Below, piece by piece: positions 62,795-64,000 of a stretch of DNA of 64,000 nucleotides. This DNA comes from a virus: IMG/VR virus record IMGVR_UViG_3300009431_000004; one strand, given 5' to 3'. The number at the start of each line of letters is the position of its first letter. Positions within the stretch are counted from its first letter, which is position 1. The position numbers and the translations under genes were made by a program. Below the pieces are notes generated by a model. That model ran no database searches. It worked only from the letters and a program-made list of their open reading frames with translations, and was not told the origin of the DNA.

Positions 62795-62977
62795 ATGGAC
62801 GAATCCCTATTCACCCAGCTCACGAAGATGATTGACGGCTTGACCGACCTCAAGAGGGACGCCGAGGCTGCCGACAAGGGCAACAAGGCCGCCGGAACCC
62901 GCGTGCGTGTCGCCCTGAGCGCCACCAAGAAGACCTGCGACGGTCTGCGGAAGAAAGCGCTGGACCTGCGAAAGTAA
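62795..62977 (+). CDS. Hc1/histone H1-like small DNA-binding protein (60 aa)
   Basis: DAEAADKGNKAAGTRVR..L..K...LRK signature. AGGAGG RBS. Confidence 0.85.
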   Translation: MDESLFTQLTKMIDGLTDLKRDAEAADKGNKAAGTRVRVALSATKKTCDGLRKKALDLRK

Positions 62978-63076
62978 GCGCAGTCCGGGGACGACGCCTT
63001 ACGGTCGGGGGTCGTAGCGGGTTGCTGCGGCGTGGTTGGGGTTGGAGCTAATTCCGGCTCTGCATGATAGTCGGGC

Positions 63077-63979
63077 CTAGTGACCGTACATGGGGTTGGT
63101 CTGTTGCAGGGGCCGCCCGTTCCATGGGTAAGCGTTTGCGTAGCTGGTCATCTTCAGGTAGGGCCTTCCACCGCTGACCAGAACTTTCTTTTTCATGGGA
63201 CGCCCCACGAATTTGTTTTTCAATGGCGTCACTTCGTCCATGGTGCCTTGAGACTTGGGTTTTACCTTCTGGTCCAGCTCCCGAATGACAACGAACTTCG
63301 CCTTGACTTCGGTGACTTGGAAGAAGTCGATGTTGGTCTGGTCGTATCCCCATGACATATCGAAGATGTCCCCGGCTTTGACGGAGTGCTGCCACTCAGC
63401 CTTTTCCTTCTTTTCCTTGAGGTACTCCTTCCGGTTTCCGATGGTTCTCTTGATGCGTTCTTGACGACTGCGCTCATCCCGGAAAGCCTCGAACCAGATG
63501 GCCTTGTCTGAGCGACCCTGATAAGCGATGGCGATGAAACGACCTTTCTCGTCGGTCCATTGCCAGATGGCCATGTCAGTCCCTTTGGGGTCCACGTTGG
63601 GCTTCTTGCCTGCCAGCTCCGGGGGCAGGGCCTTGTCACGAGGGCCTGCGGTCTTAATGACCGGCCCCCACTGCTCGGCCAGCTTCATCTTCGCTGGCTT
63701 GAGCTGGGTCTTCTTCTCACGGTCGAACCGGGCCTTGAAGTACCCGTCGGTCTTCTTGCGCTCCTCCACGAGGTCTTTGTGGTGCTTCTCGGCATGAAGG
63801 AGGGCGGCCACGACGAGCTTCCATGCGTGCTGGCCGTCCGAGGCGATTTCCTTGCCGGAACCCGCACCCGGAGCGAAGTAGTAGAGCTTGCCGCCCGCGA
63901 AGCCACCTTGGTCACGGTCCACTGTGACGCGGTACTCGGCGTCGCCCAGATGCCACTTGTGTTCCCGGCCCCGACCCAT
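63077..63979 (-). CDS. Basic phage hypothetical protein (300 aa or more; may extend beyond the window)
   Basis: C-terminal GDIFxxSWGYDQTNIDFFQV motif that I recognise from phage hypotheticals. No in-frame stop upstream of the ATG before the window edge. Confidence 0.7.
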   Translation of the reverse strand: MGRGREHKWHLGDAEYRVTVDRDQGGFAGGKLYYFAPGAGSGKEIASDGQHAWKLVVAALLHAEKHHKDLVEERKKTDGYFKARFDREKKTQLKPAKMKLAEQWGPVIKTAGPRDKALPPELAGKKPNVDPKGTDMAIWQWTDEKGRFIAIAYQGRSDKAIWFEAFRDERSRQERIKRTIGNRKEYLKEKKEKAEWQHSVKAGDIFDMSWGYDQTNIDFFQVTEVKAKFVVIRELDQKVKPKSQGTMDEVTPLKNKFVGRPMKKKVLVSGGRPYLKMTSYANAYPWNGRPLQQTNPMYGH

Positions 63980-64000
63980 GAAAGGCCAACCTACAGTCGG

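Noticed and set aside
62978-63076. Bidirectional terminator between the convergent Hc1-like and 300-aa genes
   Set aside because: Only an imperfect ACGAC/GTCGT stem with no U tract. Not supportable.
1-64000. Stop-codon reassignment
   Set aside because: TAG, TGA and TAA all end genes at tightly coupled junctions, and ORFs are unfragmented in code 11.
1-64000. CRISPR array, tRNA/rRNA genes, DGR or invertible fibre cassette
   Set aside because: No regularly spaced repeats, cloverleaf-sized gaps, reverse transcriptase or recombinase seen by eye.

Overview
GC-rich (roughly 65% by eye) segment of a large, probably jumbo, contractile-tailed phage genome. Almost all real genes lie on the minus strand and form a tightly coupled late tail module. 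Read right to left it runs: tail tube, two putative tail chaperones, tape measure, two paralogous tube-initiator-like proteins, a baseplate hub carrying an inserted M15-type peptidase, a central spike, a 3823-aa giant protein, gp25-like, baseplate J-like and I-like wedge proteins, and about 18 kb of large fibre/spike proteins, the last cut by the window edge. No sheath, capsid, terminase, tRNA or CRISPR array was seen. Four things stand out. (1) Three free-standing homing endonuclease genes sit in the baseplate cluster. Two clearly duplicate the terminus of their neighbour (MAKDFQLAWP vs MSRDFALAWP; SHIVGP* vs SHIVGS*). (2) A conserved tripartite motif, C-R-D-T-N5-G-H-Y-W-A-T-N11/12-DTRR, occurs at 7 intergenic sites and is a likely phage late promoter. 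(3) An accessory cassette upstream of the tube gene contains a sigma70-driven MerR regulator, a VIT-vWA protein, a PLD nuclease and a divergent Hc1/histone H1-like gene. The nuclease SD and TTG start are locked in a perfect 14-bp hairpin whose 5' arm overlaps a copy of the late promoter motif. (4) A structured, ACGGA-rich 200-nt spacer follows the tube gene. Product calls come from motif recognition and synteny only; no database search was run.
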